A DNA stretch of 64,000 nucleotides from Lama guanicoe (Eukaryota). Below, one piece after another: positions 35,935-49,894 of the stretch (position 1 is its first letter; each line of letters opens with the position of its first letter). The notes beneath the pieces were generated by a model, which worked only from the letters and a program-made list of their open reading frames with translations, was not told the DNA's origin and did no database searches. Position numbers and translations under genes: made by a program. The DNA is taken from NCBI GenBank assembly GCA_013239625.1, contig MU053645.1, forward strand, positions 124,001-188,000, read 5' to 3'.

Positions 35935-37913
35935 GTCTACTCAGGCTGACATAACGAAACAGAGACTAGGTGGCTTAAACAATATTAATTTTTTCACAGT
36001 TCTGGAAGCTGGAAGTCCCAGATCAAGGTGCAGCAGGGTTAGTTTTTGTTGAGTACTCTCTTCCCAGCTCTCAGGCAGATGCCTTTTTACTCTGTCCTAA
36101 CATGTATTTTCTTCAGTGCATGCCTATATATAGAGAGAGATTTTTCTCTCTTCTTCTTCTTATAAGGCCACTAATTCTATCAGATTAAGGCTACATCCTT
36201 ATGACTTCATTTTACCCTAATTACCTTCTGCACACCATACCACCAAATACAGTCTCATGGGACGTTTGCATTTCAACACGTGAATTTTAGAAGAGACATA
36301 ATTCAGTTCTTAGAATTCCACCTCTTGCCCTCTAAAATTCACATCCTACTTGCATACAAAATACATTCATTCTATTCCAACAGCCCCCAAAATCTCAACT
36401 CATTCTAGCATCAACTCTAAAGTCTAAAGTCTGATCTAAATATTATCTTAAATCAGATATAGTTGAGACCCAAGGCACAATTTATCCTGAGTCCAAATTC
36501 GTTTCCAGTTGTGACTGTCAAACCAGACAATATATGTGCTTTCAAAATACAATGTTGTGATAGGAAAAGATAGACATTTCTTTTCAAAAGGAAAAAGTTA
36601 GAAAAAAGAAAGGGGTGATGGGTTCTATGCAAGTTCAAAACCTAGCAAAGTAATTTTATTAGATTTTAAGGCTCAAAAATGATCTTCCTGGTTCAATACT
36701 CAGCCCTCAGGCCCACTGGGGTGGCAGCATTCAGCAACCCCCTTCCTCCGGTGGCTCTAGGCAAAGAGTCTTACCTCCATAGCTCTGCTATGTCAGGCCT
36801 CCACTCACAAGGTTCAGGTGATCCTACCTCCCCAAGTAGGATCAGGGAGAGGCCATTTGGCCTCTTAAAACTGAGGCAGTGGTTCTGATAATCTCTGAAT
36901 CACTTTCAGGGTCATTTTTTCCTCTTCTCGATGAATAGAATATGTTCACAGGCAAATAGCTCTGTTGTCCCATTTTGTGAAATTCAAGAAGCCTTCCCTC
37001 AGTTTATCCCATCCCCACCTCCTTTAGTTCAAATTGGCAGTGTTTCTGCTAACATAACCCAACAAACTTTTTATCAAGTGATCTGGCCACACAGCTCTCA
37101 CTTTTTGAAATATGGATGGGTTGAGAAATCTCTTCCAAATCCTTTTTGCTTAACAATTCCTTCTTTAATTAATTTCTCTCCTGTGGCATTTCATTATAAG
37201 CAGTCAGGGGGAACAAAGACACTTCTTCAAAACTTCGCTTAAAAATATCCTCAGATAAATATTCAGTTTCATCACCTGCAAGTTCTACCTTCCACAAAGC
37301 ATTAGAACATAGTTCAGCTAAGTTCTTTGCCACATTATAACAAAAATTTCCTTTCTTCCTGTTTCCAATAACATGTTCCTCATTTCCAGTTGAGGCCTCA
37401 CTAAGGTTACCATTAATGTCCATTTTCCTAGATTTCACCTTAAAACTCTTCCAACCTCTACCCATTATGCAAGTTTAAAGCCACTTCTACATTTTTAGGT
37501 ATTTGTGGTAGCAACACCCCACTTCTCACTGACAAAATACGTCTTAGTCTTCTTGGGCTGCTATAAAAAAAATGGCATAGATTGGGTTGCTTACACAACA
37601 GAAATGTATTTTCTAATAGTTTTAGAGGCTAAAAATCCCAGATCAAGGTGCAGTAGGAATGCTTTCTAGTGAGTACTCTCCTCCTGACTTATAGTCACCT
37701 CACTTGGCTCTGACATGGTCTTTCCTCAGTGTGAGTCTGAAGAGAGAGATCTCGTCCTCTCTTATTCTTCTTGTAAGGCCCCCAATCCTATCAGAATAGA
37801 ACCCCATACTTATGGTTTCATTTTACCTTAATTACATTCTAAAAGCTTTATCCACATACACATTGTGGGTTAGAGTTTTAACATAAAGTTTAGAGGGACA
37901 CATTTAGTCCATA
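35935..37913 (-). mobile_element. Two-LTR MaLR element (MLT1A/MST-like): LTRs ~35935-36312 and ~37540-37913, ~1.2-kb internal region
   Basis: Both ends share ggctg(c/a)..ataa...ggtggctta/ggttgctta...gtcccagatcaaggtgcag...gagtactctc...gagagagat...taaggcc..aat.ctatcaga...cttatg..ttcattttacc.taattac. It appears nested in older MaLR-like sequence at 35290-40800. Confidence 0.8.
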
Positions 37914-38129
37914 GGAGTTGTCCTGCAGCATTTAAAATGCCATCTACTTCTGGACCCTAAGTAGAAAGTCTTCAGGCTGAAAAAGTCTTTAAGCAAAAAG
38001 GCTCATTAAGTCTCCTCAGGTAAAGAGAAAATGGCAGAATCAAGAACTTTAAAAGCCCATTCCTCCACAAAAAAAATCACTAACAAACTGGCAAAACCTG
38101 CCAGAATCAATTTTTTCAAACTCTGGAAA

Positions 38130-39800
38130 TTTATTAATGTATATTCACCTAACATAGGAGCACCAAATATATAGGACAATTATTAACAGACATAAAGGGA
38201 GAAATTAAAGAAACACAATAATAATAGCAGACTTTAACACCTCACTTACGTCAATGGATAGATCATCTAGACAGAAAGTCAATGAAAAAAAATCAGCTTT
38301 AAATAAAACATTAGAGCAGATAGACTTAATAGACATATACAGAAAACTCCAAAATGCCCACGCCCAGATGGCTTCACTGTCAAATTTTACGAAATTTTTA
38401 CAAAAGAGTTAAAATCAATTATTCTCAAACTCTTGCAAAAATATGGAAGAAGAAAGAACACTTCTTAGCTCATTCTGTTTGGCTAGTATTACCTTGATAC
38501 CAGGGAGAAACCAAGATATCACAAAAGAAGAAAACAAATACCAACACCATTTATGAATATAGATGCAAATGCTCTCAACAAAATACTAGTAAACTGAATC
38601 CAGCAACATATAAAAAATATTATACACTATACCCGTAGGAGCTTTATCTCAGGAAAACAATGATGGTTCAATACACCAAACTCAATCAATGTAATACAGC
38701 ATATAAACAGAATGAAAAAAAAAGCACAATATTATCTCAATAGGTGAAGAGAAAGTGTTTGAAAAATTGAATGTATTTTTGTGATATAAATAATTAGGTA
38801 GGAATAAAAGGGACATGACAAAGGACATTTTTTTAAGAACCTAAAGCTAACACCATACTCAATAGTGAAAAAATGGCAGTATTTCTCCCAAAATCAGGAA
38901 AAAAGGCAAGGATGCCCAGTCTCATCACTTCTATTCAATATTTTACTGGAAGTTCAAGTCAAAGCAATCAGGCAATAAAAAGAAATATCATACAGATTGG
39001 AAAGGAGGAAATAAACTATTTCAATTTGCAGATTAAACCCTTAAGAATCCACAAAATACTATTGGAGCTAATAAATGAGTTCAGTGATTTTGTAGGACAT
39101 AAAGTCAACACACACAAATCAGGTGTTTATCTATACACTAGCAATAAACAATCTGAAAGGAAATTAAGAAAACAATTCTACTTACAATAGTATCATAAAG
39201 ATGAAAATATTTAGGATTAAGTGCAACCGAGGATATGCAAGACTTGCACATTGAAACTACAAAATATTGTTGAAAGAAACTAAAGAATACATAAATAAAT
39301 AGAAAGTCATCTTGGGCTCATGGATTAGAAGACTTAATATTGTTAAAATGGCATTACTCCTCCAATATGGATCCACAGATTAAATACAATCCTAATCAAA
39401 ATTCCAACCACCTTTTCTTGCAGAAATGGAAAAGCTGATCCTAAAATTCATAAGTACAAGGGACCCTGAATAGCCAAAACAATCTTGAAAAAGAATGAAG
39501 ATGTAGAAGTTATACTTTCCAATTTCTAAACTATGCCAAGCTAGAGTAATCAAAGCAGTGTGGTATTTGTGTTGATAGACATGTGGATCAATGGAATAGA
39601 ATTTGAGTCTAGATAAAACTCATACATCTAGGGTAAATTTATTTTTGGCAAAGATACCAAGACCATTCAATGAAAAATTATAGTCTGTTTAATACATGAT
39701 GCTGTGGCTATTGGATATTCACATGCAAAAGAATGAAGTTGGATCCTCACCTAACACCATATACAAAAACTAAGTCTAAATAGAAAAGGTTCTAATTAAC
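38130..39800 (+). mobile_element. Degraded LINE-1 ORF2 fragments
   Basis: An EN-like start (aatgtatattcacctaacataggagcacc), then RT-region remnants ([29 protein letters not shown]). Confidence 0.85.
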
Positions 39801-42800
39801 TCAAAAAGAAAAAATGTCTTTGAGCAAAAAATGCATATTAAGACCTCATTTAAACAAAGGTACACAGTCTTTCAATAAAGATCAGATTAAGGTTGTTTTA
39901 TTCCCATGCAACCTGACAGATTCAGATGGCCTCAATTAAGAAAAGAGATTGGCAGAGGGTGAGGAAGCAAAGAAATAAATCAGACTTAATTGTGTCTAGG
40001 AAAAAAGTTGGATGCAGTTGCCGTCACATGGGATTGATTGAATGCAAGTAGACTGAAAGTTTATTGAGTTTTGAGGCAATTGCATTGACAAAGAAACCGC
40101 ATAGACTATACATCATAGACTCTTTTAGACCACAAATGTGTCTAAGACTGTATAGCCTGGCCCCCAAACCTGTACCATCAAGAAGAGGTCTGTGGACAAT
40201 TATGCATCTACTAAAGAAGGAAATATCCCGAAAACCCACTTGAGGTGTGTCTATGGGTAGCAATGGACAAGGAGGTTTCCCACAGAGAGGAGAATCAGAA
40301 TCTAATCATGGAATCTCCCTCACTACCAGGGCAGAGTGTCTTCCGAGTACCTGACCAGTAGGATCCCCAAAATTGCTATGAACCAATGATCACGGCATAT
40401 CTTTCATTCTTCCATTTTTATAATGGGAGGTTTTATTTAGCTTATTCTGCCCCTATTCCACCATTGTATGTTGGGGATGTGGGAGACTGATAATTTAAGT
40501 TTTAATTCAAAAGGATACACCTGATGGAGAGAACTGTACATCACCTAGAGGTCCTGGATTTTGAGTCTAATGTAGTAACTGGTTAGAACAGTGACTTATC
40601 TTCTTTGAAGAGGGAGTCAGTATATTCTAGGTATGAGAAGGAATATGCATACAGGTATTTGGTGGCTAGAGGAGCAAACACAGATAAGAAATTGTCCTCT
40701 AAAAATCTATTCCTTGCCTCCTATTGGATAAATTTGTTGTTGAGGAATATCAGTCTAGCCAGGGACTATTTTTGTCAGCCCACCTTGTAACTGGGTGAGT
40801 CCTTGTGACTTGTTCTTAACAAAGTAATAAGAATGGAAGTGATCTGTATCACTACTGAGCCAAAAAGATTAAGAGGCAGATACAGCTTTTACATCATCTC
40901 TTTCCTGATTTTTAGCAGCTCCAGAGCTTTAGAGTATAGAGGACTCACAAGACGAGTCTGTATCAGTTAATTACCATATGGAGGAAACTACCCATCTATA
41001 AAGAACAAATACTTTGGACTATTAGGTAAGAGTGAATAAATTTCTAATCTATTAAGCCATGGAAACATTGAGTTTTATTTGATAAATAACATTACTCTTA
41101 TCTAGAAATGTACCAATATTATCCTTATTGTAATGGGAATATACAAATATGTGTATAGATTTATATATAGCGCTAAGGAAATGTAGATGAGGAAGTAAAG
41201 GTCCAGGGGCTTAAGGACCTTTCCCAAAGGCAAATGCCTTTTTAGTGTTGAGACCAGGATTCCCACCCAGGCCACCTCACTGTAGGGATAATACTCTTGG
41301 CTAGGATGCTATTTGTCTCCTGGGAAATAGTAGAAATAAGGACATTGCTGGCAGTACTGGTATCTGTCCAAAGTTACTTCCAGCTGCAGTAAGAAGCTAC
41401 CCACAAGGTAAATACAAAGCAATGTGCAAAAGCAATCAAAAAGAAAGCTTCATCAGTTTTTGAGAAGGGGCCATGAGTTTCCAAGAAGTCAGTTGGAAAG
41501 TTGGAACTTGGTATTAGAGCCCCAACATCTCCATCAAAAGTGAGGGGAGACCCACAAATCCTCTTGATGATGCATTCAGTCATTCATTCTTTCATTCAGC
41601 AGACATTAATGGAGGGCCTATCATGTGCCAAGATCTGTTGCAACAAAACAAAAATCTTTATGGAGCTTACATTCCAAGTGTGGAGAGACAGACAGTAAAC
41701 TAAGTAAAATATACTTATAGGTCTTTCATGGTGATGAGTATTATGGAGAATAATAAAGCAGGGAAGAAGGAAAGTGCAATTCAGATATTGCGGTCCTGTT
41801 CTGCAGCTTGGAGAAACAAGGGTTACTCTTTCTGTTTGAGATACCACACTTCCCAGAACCTGAGATGAAATGCCCTCACAAGGTCTGTTGATTTTTGCTC
41901 CCCCTATCACTTATTTGTCTTGTTTTCTTGCAAATTATTAACTTTGCAAGCTATGATTTTGCAAGGGCTTGTCTCAGTCTGCAGGTCCCTTACCCTGTCC
42001 TGTTGTGGCAACTGTCTTATCTACTTTCCATTTCTTTACTGCCCATCCAAAAGGCCTGCTCTTTGCTAATTGTGGGCCTATGACTCCTGATGTGTCTCCA
42101 CTTATTTCCTGCCTCTTATCTCAATCTATTATTATTCATTCAAGGAGCCAGAGTAGTACTACAAGTGTGAGTTTTGGAATCAGAGAAACCTGAATTCAAA
42201 CCTTGGTTCGATCGCTTACTGGGTATGAGAACTTTGGCAAATCACTTAACGCCCGAATAGCATGAAATGGGTATAATGCTAGGAAAACAAGCTGAAGTTG
42301 TTATTTAGATTGAGAAGTTGACATCAGAATGTAAATCAATGCAGTGCATCTGAGGTCTCAGATAAGCCAAGAGTTAAAGTTTGAGTACACGACTGAAAAA
42401 TGAAGCCCAACTGCTAAGGTACTGGTAAAAAGAAAAGGAGATATTAAATGGAGAGTGGAGGAAAAAAGTCATAAATACTAAATAAGAACTTAAGACTAGC
42501 CACAGAATGGAGGGCTTTGGTCTTTACAAATAGATTTTTTTTCTTTCTGGTCATTGATTTATACCTATATATTTCCATTAATATATTTTCCCTTTCTTCC
42601 AAACCTGTACATAAACTGTTTTTATGATGGCTAAATAAGCACACAGGTTGAGGAATATTGAAACATAATCACAATAGAGCTAAAGGAAGTATGAGTATTA
42701 CCCATAGATCCTGGAATTGGAGCTCAGTGAAGTGACTGATGTTGGAAAGTGACAGAATTTGTTTTGAATTATACATAATATAATTGTATCTTTTAAGGCA

Positions 42801-44789
42801 AGAACATTTTTGGAAATAGTATATGGGAAGAAGAGTAAGTCAGGCAGCCAGAAGCATGGATTCTAATAGACATGTATCACTTTTTGGCAACCCAACAACA
42901 ACTTTGTCTTTCCTGATTGTGGTCCAATTTCCTTTTTAAAAAGTACCCTTTTTATAGTAAGTTTACTTAAGTCAATGATACTTCTCTGCTCTAACCAAGA
43001 GGCAGGCACTTATTGACCTAAGTTAGAATAATCTAAAGCTCGGTGGCTAGATTTTGGTTCTTCATCATAAGGACAAAAAGGCTGAAAGTGTCTAAGGTCT
43101 AGGCAAACAATGTGTTAGTATCCTCATCAGATCAATTATGCTACACCGCCACTTTTGGTCATTACTAGCCCAGTTGTCCAGCTTCCTTTTGGTACTCTGA
43201 TCTCTTAATATCATTAAGACAAATTTGCTTTTGTTCAGGTTTGTCTGAGTTATTTCCTATTTTTTACTTTTAAAAAATTTAAAGAATTTAAAGTATAATA
43301 AATCAATGATGTACATGGGTCCTAGCATCAGAGCATGGGTTTAAATTTTGGTCCTGCAATTTATTTAAACTCTCTGGGCCTCAGTTTCATTATTTGTAGA
43401 AAGGAGATGATAAAATGGCACCTACATCATAGAGTTGTTGTGCTGTAAGTATCCAATAAATGTTAGCTTTTGCTGTTATGTAGCTGACTAATTTCTTATA
43501 TTATATATTCCTACCTTTTGTCCTTCACTACCGTGTTATGAGGAGGGATCTCTTGTTGCATGGGAAGCTCCCAGACATGGGATTTTATTGTGTTGATTGG
43601 AATAACGAATAGAGCAGCAGAAATGAAGGACCCTAAAAAGTTTAGTGCAGTTTACATTGGAAAGGGCCAGGAGGTATTCCTAGGAAGAGGTGAATATTTT
43701 AAATTGATTTTCAATGATTTTTGCCTATTGGCTTAGAGTATTGAATATAACATTGTGATGTAATAGATCAGAGAACACAAGCTTTACTTTGTATTCATTA
43801 AAATAAATTAGGTGTATGTGTTGTGATGGGTCTTCTCCTCATATGTTCCTGAGCACTTCAGCTGACGCATTCTGTCTTGCCCCTCTGCCATGTGATTTAT
43901 TTTCTCAGCAATGTCAATCAGTATTTCCTCTATCTGCGCTCATTTCCCTATTGTTTTCCCTATTGTAATTAAGTCTTCATCACCAACATGCATATAGTTA
44001 AGTTTTTGACCTGAATAGTCTCTGTGGTTCATAATATTCCCACTGGCCTGCCTCAGAGTTCTAAAGCATTTTGTCAGTATTATTTAACTAGTGTTTACTT
44101 TGAAAACACTGAGGACCTTTAAACTCTCCCCATTAAGTACTTTACCTTTTCCATCTGGCAGCAACAAGTTTTGCTCCAGACAAGGTTCACATGTCTCTTT
44201 CCCTGGTGCTAGAGCAGGACAGCCTGGGAAAAATCTCTGCTTTTAATAAAAGTGACATTAACTATTAGGGGAACATCTTTTCTTATCGCTTATCCTCATT
44301 TGTGTTCCCCAAATTTGTTAATTCTTTGGGAGCCTGAATTGATTGATGAATTGATTCATTCATTCAGCCATGAATCCTTCTCTTTCTAAGAATGCAGTCC
44401 TTTTACTCTTCAAAAGTACTGCATTTCTAGGGAGATTTGAAAACCAACTACATTTTTTATATACTTTGCTATTTTTCTTATTTTTTTAACATTTTTATTG
44501 AGTTATAGTTATTTTACAATGTTGTGTCAAATTCCAGTGTAAAGCACAATTTTTCAGTTATACATCAACATATATATATATTCATTGTCACATTTTTTTT
44601 CACTGTGAGCTACCTAAGACTTTGTATATATTTCCCTGTGCTATACAGTATAATCTTGTTTATCTATTCTACATATACCTGTCAGTATCTACAAATTCAA
44701 AATCCCAGTCTGTCCCTTCCCATCCTCCTTCCCCCTGGCAACCGCAGTTTGTATTCTATGTCTATGAGTCTGTTTTTGTTTTATATTTT

Positions 44790-44798
44790 TCTTTCTTC

Positions 44799-44845
<47 letters not shown>

Positions 44846-44852
44846 TTTTTTT
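44790..44852. repeat. (TTTC)n microsatellite inside the L1 3'UTR
   Basis: Run of tttc units ending in a T tract. Confidence 0.95.
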
Positions 44853-45916
44853 AGATTCCACATATGACCAATTTCATACGGTATTTTTCTTTCTTTTTCT
44901 GGCTCACTTCACTTAGAATGACATTCTCCAGGAACATCCATGTTGCTACAAAGAGCGTTATGTTGTCGGTTTTTATGGGTGAATAGTATTCCATTGTATA
45001 AATATACCACTCTTCTTTATCCAGTCATCTGTTGATGGAAATTAAGGCTATTTACATGTCTTGGCTATTGTAAATAGTGCTGCTATGAACATTGGGGTGC
45101 AGGTGTCATCCTGAAGTAGGGTTCCTTCTGGATATATGCCCAGGAGCGGGATTCCTGGGTCATACGGTAAGTCTAGTCCTAGTCTTTTGAGGAACCTCCA
45201 TACTGTTTTCCACAGTGGCTGCACCAAATTGCATTCCCACCAGCAGTGTAGGAGGGTTCCCCTTTCTCCACAGCCTCTCCAGCATTTGTCATTTGTGGAT
45301 TTTTGAATGATGGCCATTCTGACTGGTGTGAGGTGATACCTCATTGTAGTTTTGATTTGCATTTCTCTGATAATTAGTGATATTGAGCATTTTTTCATGT
45401 GCCTATTGATCATTTGTATGTCTTCCTTGGAGAATTGCTTGTTTAGGTCTTTTGCCCATTTTTGGGTGGAGTTGTTTGTTTCTTTCTTTTTAAGTCGTGT
45501 GAGCTGCTTATATATTCTGGAGATCAAGCCTTTGTCAGTTTCATTTGCAAAAAATTTCTCCCATTCTGTAGGTTGTCGTTATGTTTTGCTTGTGGTTTCC
45601 TTTGCTGTGCAAAAGCTTGTAAATTTAATTAGGTCGCATTTGTTTATACTTGCTTTTATTTCGATTGCTTGGGTGGACTGCCCTAGAAGAACATTTCTGA
45701 GATGTTCATCAGATAATGTTTTGCCTATATTTTCTTCTAGGAGGATTATTGTATCTTGTCTTATGTTTAAGTCTTTGATCCATTTTGAGTTGATTTTTGT
45801 ATATGGTGTAAGGGAGTGTTCTAGCTTCATTGCTTTACATGCTGCTGTCCAGTTTTCCCAACACCATTTGCTGAAGAGACTGTCTTTATTCCATTGTATA
45901 TTCTTGCCTCCTTTGT

Positions 45917-46401
45917 NNNNNNNNNNNNNNNNNNNNNNNNNNNNNNNNNNNNNNNNNNNNNNNNNNNNNNNNNNNNNNNNNNNNNNNNNNNNNNNNNNNN
46001 NNNNNNNNNNNNNNNNNNNNNNNNNNNNNNNNNNNNNNNNNNNNNNNNNNNNNNNNNNNNNNNNNNNNNNNNNNNNNNNNNNNNNNNNNNNNNNNNNNNN
46101 NNNNNNNNNNNNNNNNNNNNNNNNNNNNNNNNNNNNNNNNNNNNNNNNNNNNNNNNNNNNNNNNNNNNNNNNNNNNNNNNNNNNNNNNNNNNNNNNNNNN
46201 NNNNNNNNNNNNNNNNNNNNNNNNNNNNNNNNNNNNNNNNNNNNNNNNNNNNNNNNNNNNNNNNNNNNNNNNNNNNNNNNNNNNNNNNNNNNNNNNNNNN
46301 NNNNNNNNNNNNNNNNNNNNNNNNNNNNNNNNNNNNNNNNNNNNNNNNNNNNNNNNNNNNNNNNNNNNNNNNNNNNNNNNNNNNNNNNNNNNNNNNNNNN
46401 N
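45917..46401. other. Assembly gap (485 N)
   Basis: Run of N within L1 ORF2. Confidence 1.
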
Positions 46402-49400
46402 TGTGGACCTTTTAGGGTTTTCTATATATAGTAACATGTCGTCAGCTTATAGTGACACTTTTACCTCTTCTTTTCCAGTTTGGATCCCTTTTATTTCTCT
46501 CTTGCCTGATTGCTGTGGCTAGGACTTCCAGGACTATGTTGAATAGGAGTGGTGATAGTGGGCATCCTTGTCTTGTCCCAGATTTTAGTGGGAAGCTTTT
46601 GAGTTTTTCACCATTGAGTACTATGCTGGCTGTAGGCTTGTCATATATAGCTTTTATTATGTTGAGATATGTTCCCTCTATACCCACTTTGGTGAGAGTT
46701 TTCATCATAAATGGGTGTTGAATTTTATCAAATGCTTTTTCTGCATCTATTGAGATGATCATGTGGTTTTTGTCCTTTCTCTTGTTGATGTGATGTATCA
46801 CATTGACTGATTTGTTTATGTTGAACCACCCTTGTGTCCCTGGGATGAACCCCACTTGGTCATGATGTATAATCCTTTTCATGTATTGTTGGACTCCATT
46901 TGCTAATATTTTGGTGAGGGTTTTGGCATCTGTGTTCATCAGTGATATTGGCCTATAATTCTCTTTTTTGGTAGTGTCTTTGCCTGGTTTTGGTATCAGG
47001 GTGATGGTGGCTTCATAGAATGAGTTTTGGAGTAGTCCCTCCTTTTCAATCTTCTGGAAGAGTTTGAGAAGGACTGGTATGAGTTCTTCTTTGTATGTTT
47101 GGTAGAATTCCCTGGTGAAGCCATCTGGTCCTGGACTTTCATTTGTAGGGAGGTTTTTTATTGCTATTTCGATTTCATTTCTAGTGATCGGTTTGTTCAA
47201 GTGGTCAGTTTCTTCTTGATTCAGTCTTGGTGGACAGTGTGTTTCCAGAAACTTGTCCATCTCCTCTAGGTTATCCAGTTTGGTTCCATGTAGTTTTTCA
47301 TATTCTTGTATGATATTCTGTATTTCTATTTTATTTGTTGTAATTTCTCCATTTTCCTTTCTTATTTTGGTAATTTGTGCTCTCTCTTTTTTCTTCTTTG
47401 TGAGTTTGGCCAGAGGTTTGTTGATTTTACTTACTCTCAAAAAACCAGCTTTTGGTTTGATTGATTTTTTTTTCTATTTTTTTTTAATCTCTATTTTATT
47501 TATTTCCTCCCCGATCTTTATAATTTCCTTCCTTCTGCTGACTTTGGGTTTTTTGCTCTTCTTTTTTGAGGAAGCCCTTTATTGCTATAAACTTTCCTCT
47601 TAGTACTGTCTTTGCTGTGTCCCATAAATTTTGTGTGGTTGTGTTTTCATTTTCATTTGTCTCAAGGTATTTTTTAATTTCAATTTTGATTTCATCATTG
47701 ACCCATTGATTTTTAATAGCATGTTGTTTAATCTCCATGCTTTCCTTTTTTTCTCCTTTGTTTCTCTGTTGTTGATTTCTAGTTTCATGACATTGTGGTC
47801 AGTAAAGATGCTTGAGATAATTTCTATCTTCTTAAAATTGTTGAGGCTTCTTTTGTGCCCAAGTACATGATCAATCCTAGAAAATGTTCCATGTGCACTT
47901 GAAAAGAATGTATATCCTATTTTGGGGGGCTGTAATGCTCTGAATATCCACCGAATCTAATTTTTCTAATGTATCATTTAATTTCTTCGTTGCCTTATGT
48001 ATTTTCTGTCTGGAAGATCTGTCTAGTGATGTTAATGTGGTGTTAAAATCTCTGACAATGATTGTATTCCCATCAATTTCCTCTTTTATCTCTGTTAGTA
48101 ATTGTTTTATGTACTTAGGTGCTCCTATATTGGGTGCATATATATTAATGAGTGTAATATCCTCATCTTGTATTATTCCTTTAATCATTATAAAATGTCC
48201 TTCTTTATCTTTCTTTATGGCCTTTGTTTTAAAGTCTATTTTGTCTGAAATCAGTACTGCTACACCTGCTTTTTTGGCTTTTTCATTTGCGTGGAATATC
48301 CTTTTCCATCCTTTCACTCTCAATCTATATGTGTCCTTCTTCCTAAAGTGGGTCTCTTGTATGCAGCATATTGATGGTTCTTGCTTTATTATCCAGTCTG
48401 CCACTCTATGTCTTTTGACTGGAGCATTTAGTCCATTAACATTTACAGTAATTAATGATAGATGTGTGTTTATTGCCATTTTGAACTTATTTTTGCAGTT
48501 GATTTGGTATTTTCTCTTTGTTCCTTTCTTCTTCCTTTTGTGGTTTGGTAATTTTCCTTTGTATTATCTTGGATTTTATTTAGTTTTTGTGACTCACTTG
48601 TAAGTTTTTGGCTTGTGGTTACCCTTTTTTGTAAGTCTATTAACCCATTACTATAACTGTTTGTATTAAACAAATAGTAATATAAGCTCAAACCCATCCT
48701 ACCAAGAACAAAACATTTTAAAAAGAAAAAAACCTCTATATTTTCTTGCTTCCCTCTCCCACACTTAATGATTTAAACAATGTCTTGTTTTACAATTTTG
48801 TGTTTATTCTTTTTGTAATTCATGGCAGTTATCTTCTTTCCAGTTATGAGCTTCTCATTTCTGTAGCATCCTGTTTCTTTTCTATTTAGAGTAGACCTGT
48901 GAATATTTCTTTTAGCATGGGTTTAGTGTTGCTAAACTCTTTTAGTTTTTGCTTGTCTGTGAAATTCTTTATCTCTCCTTGTATTCTAAAGGACAGCCTT
49001 GCTTGATAAAGTATCCTAGGCTGCATCTTTTTTTCATTCAGGGCTTCGAATATATCTTGCCACACACTCCCTTCTGGCCTGTAGTGTTTGTGTAGAGAAA
49101 TCAGCTGAGAGCCTTGTGGGGGGTTCCCTTGTAACTCATTCTTTGTTTTTCTCTTGCTGCTTTTAGGATCATTTCTTTGTCCTTGACTCTGGCCGTCTTG
49201 ATTATGATATGTCTTGGTGTGAGTCTGTTTGGGTTCTTCCTGTTTGGGACCTTCTGAGCTTCCTGTACTTGGATATCTGATTCCTTCTTTAGGTGTGGAA
49301 GTTTTCAGTCATGATTTATTCAAATACCTTTTCCATCCCCTTTGTTCTTTCTTCCCCTTCTGGAATCCTTATTATGCATAGATTTGCACGCTTTATATTA

Positions 49401-49894
49401 TCCCATAGGTCCCTTATGCTATTTTCATTTTTTAAATTTGTTTATCTTGAAGCTGTTCTGATTGGGTGCTTTCTGTTGTCCTGTCTTCTAGGTCACTTAT
49501 TCGTTCCTCTGCATTATCTAGCCTGCTTTGTATCACCTTTAGGTCAGCTCTCATCTCAGCAAATGAGTTTACCAGTTCTACTTGGCTCTTCTTTATAGCT
49601 TCAATTTCATTTTTGACATATTTTATATCTCTAAACACTATCTCTTTTAGTTCCTTCAGTACTTTGATTACTCCTTTTTTGAAATCTTGATCTAGTAGGC
49701 CGTCAATGTCTATTTCATTGATCATTCTTTCAGGAGATTTCTCTTGCTTTCTAAATTGGTAGTGGTTCATCTGCTTCTTCATATTGCTCATATCTCTCTG
49801 GCACTGTGGCTTAAGGAGTATCAGTTATCTATTGTGGCCCTTAAGAAGTTTATTTATTTATCTATCTAAATCCTATACAGGAATAAAACTTAAA

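Larger units (their letters stand above)
44480..49890 (-). mobile_element. Young, nearly full-length LINE-1 (ORF1 from 49791, ORF2 from 48479), disabled by stops and frameshifts, spanning the N gap
   Basis: ORF1 MSNMKKQ...[52 protein letters not shown]...[21 protein letters not shown]-terminus [18 protein letters not shown]. The 3'UTR is like that of 21793-22601. Confidence 0.96.

Noticed and set aside
45352..46437. Long ORFs containing X runs
   Set aside because: Artefacts of the N gap and antisense L1.
44480..49890. Active, retrotransposition-competent L1
   Set aside because: ORF1 stops at 49432, ORF2 is split across frames (47877, 47496, 46442) and the 5'UTR is largely missing.
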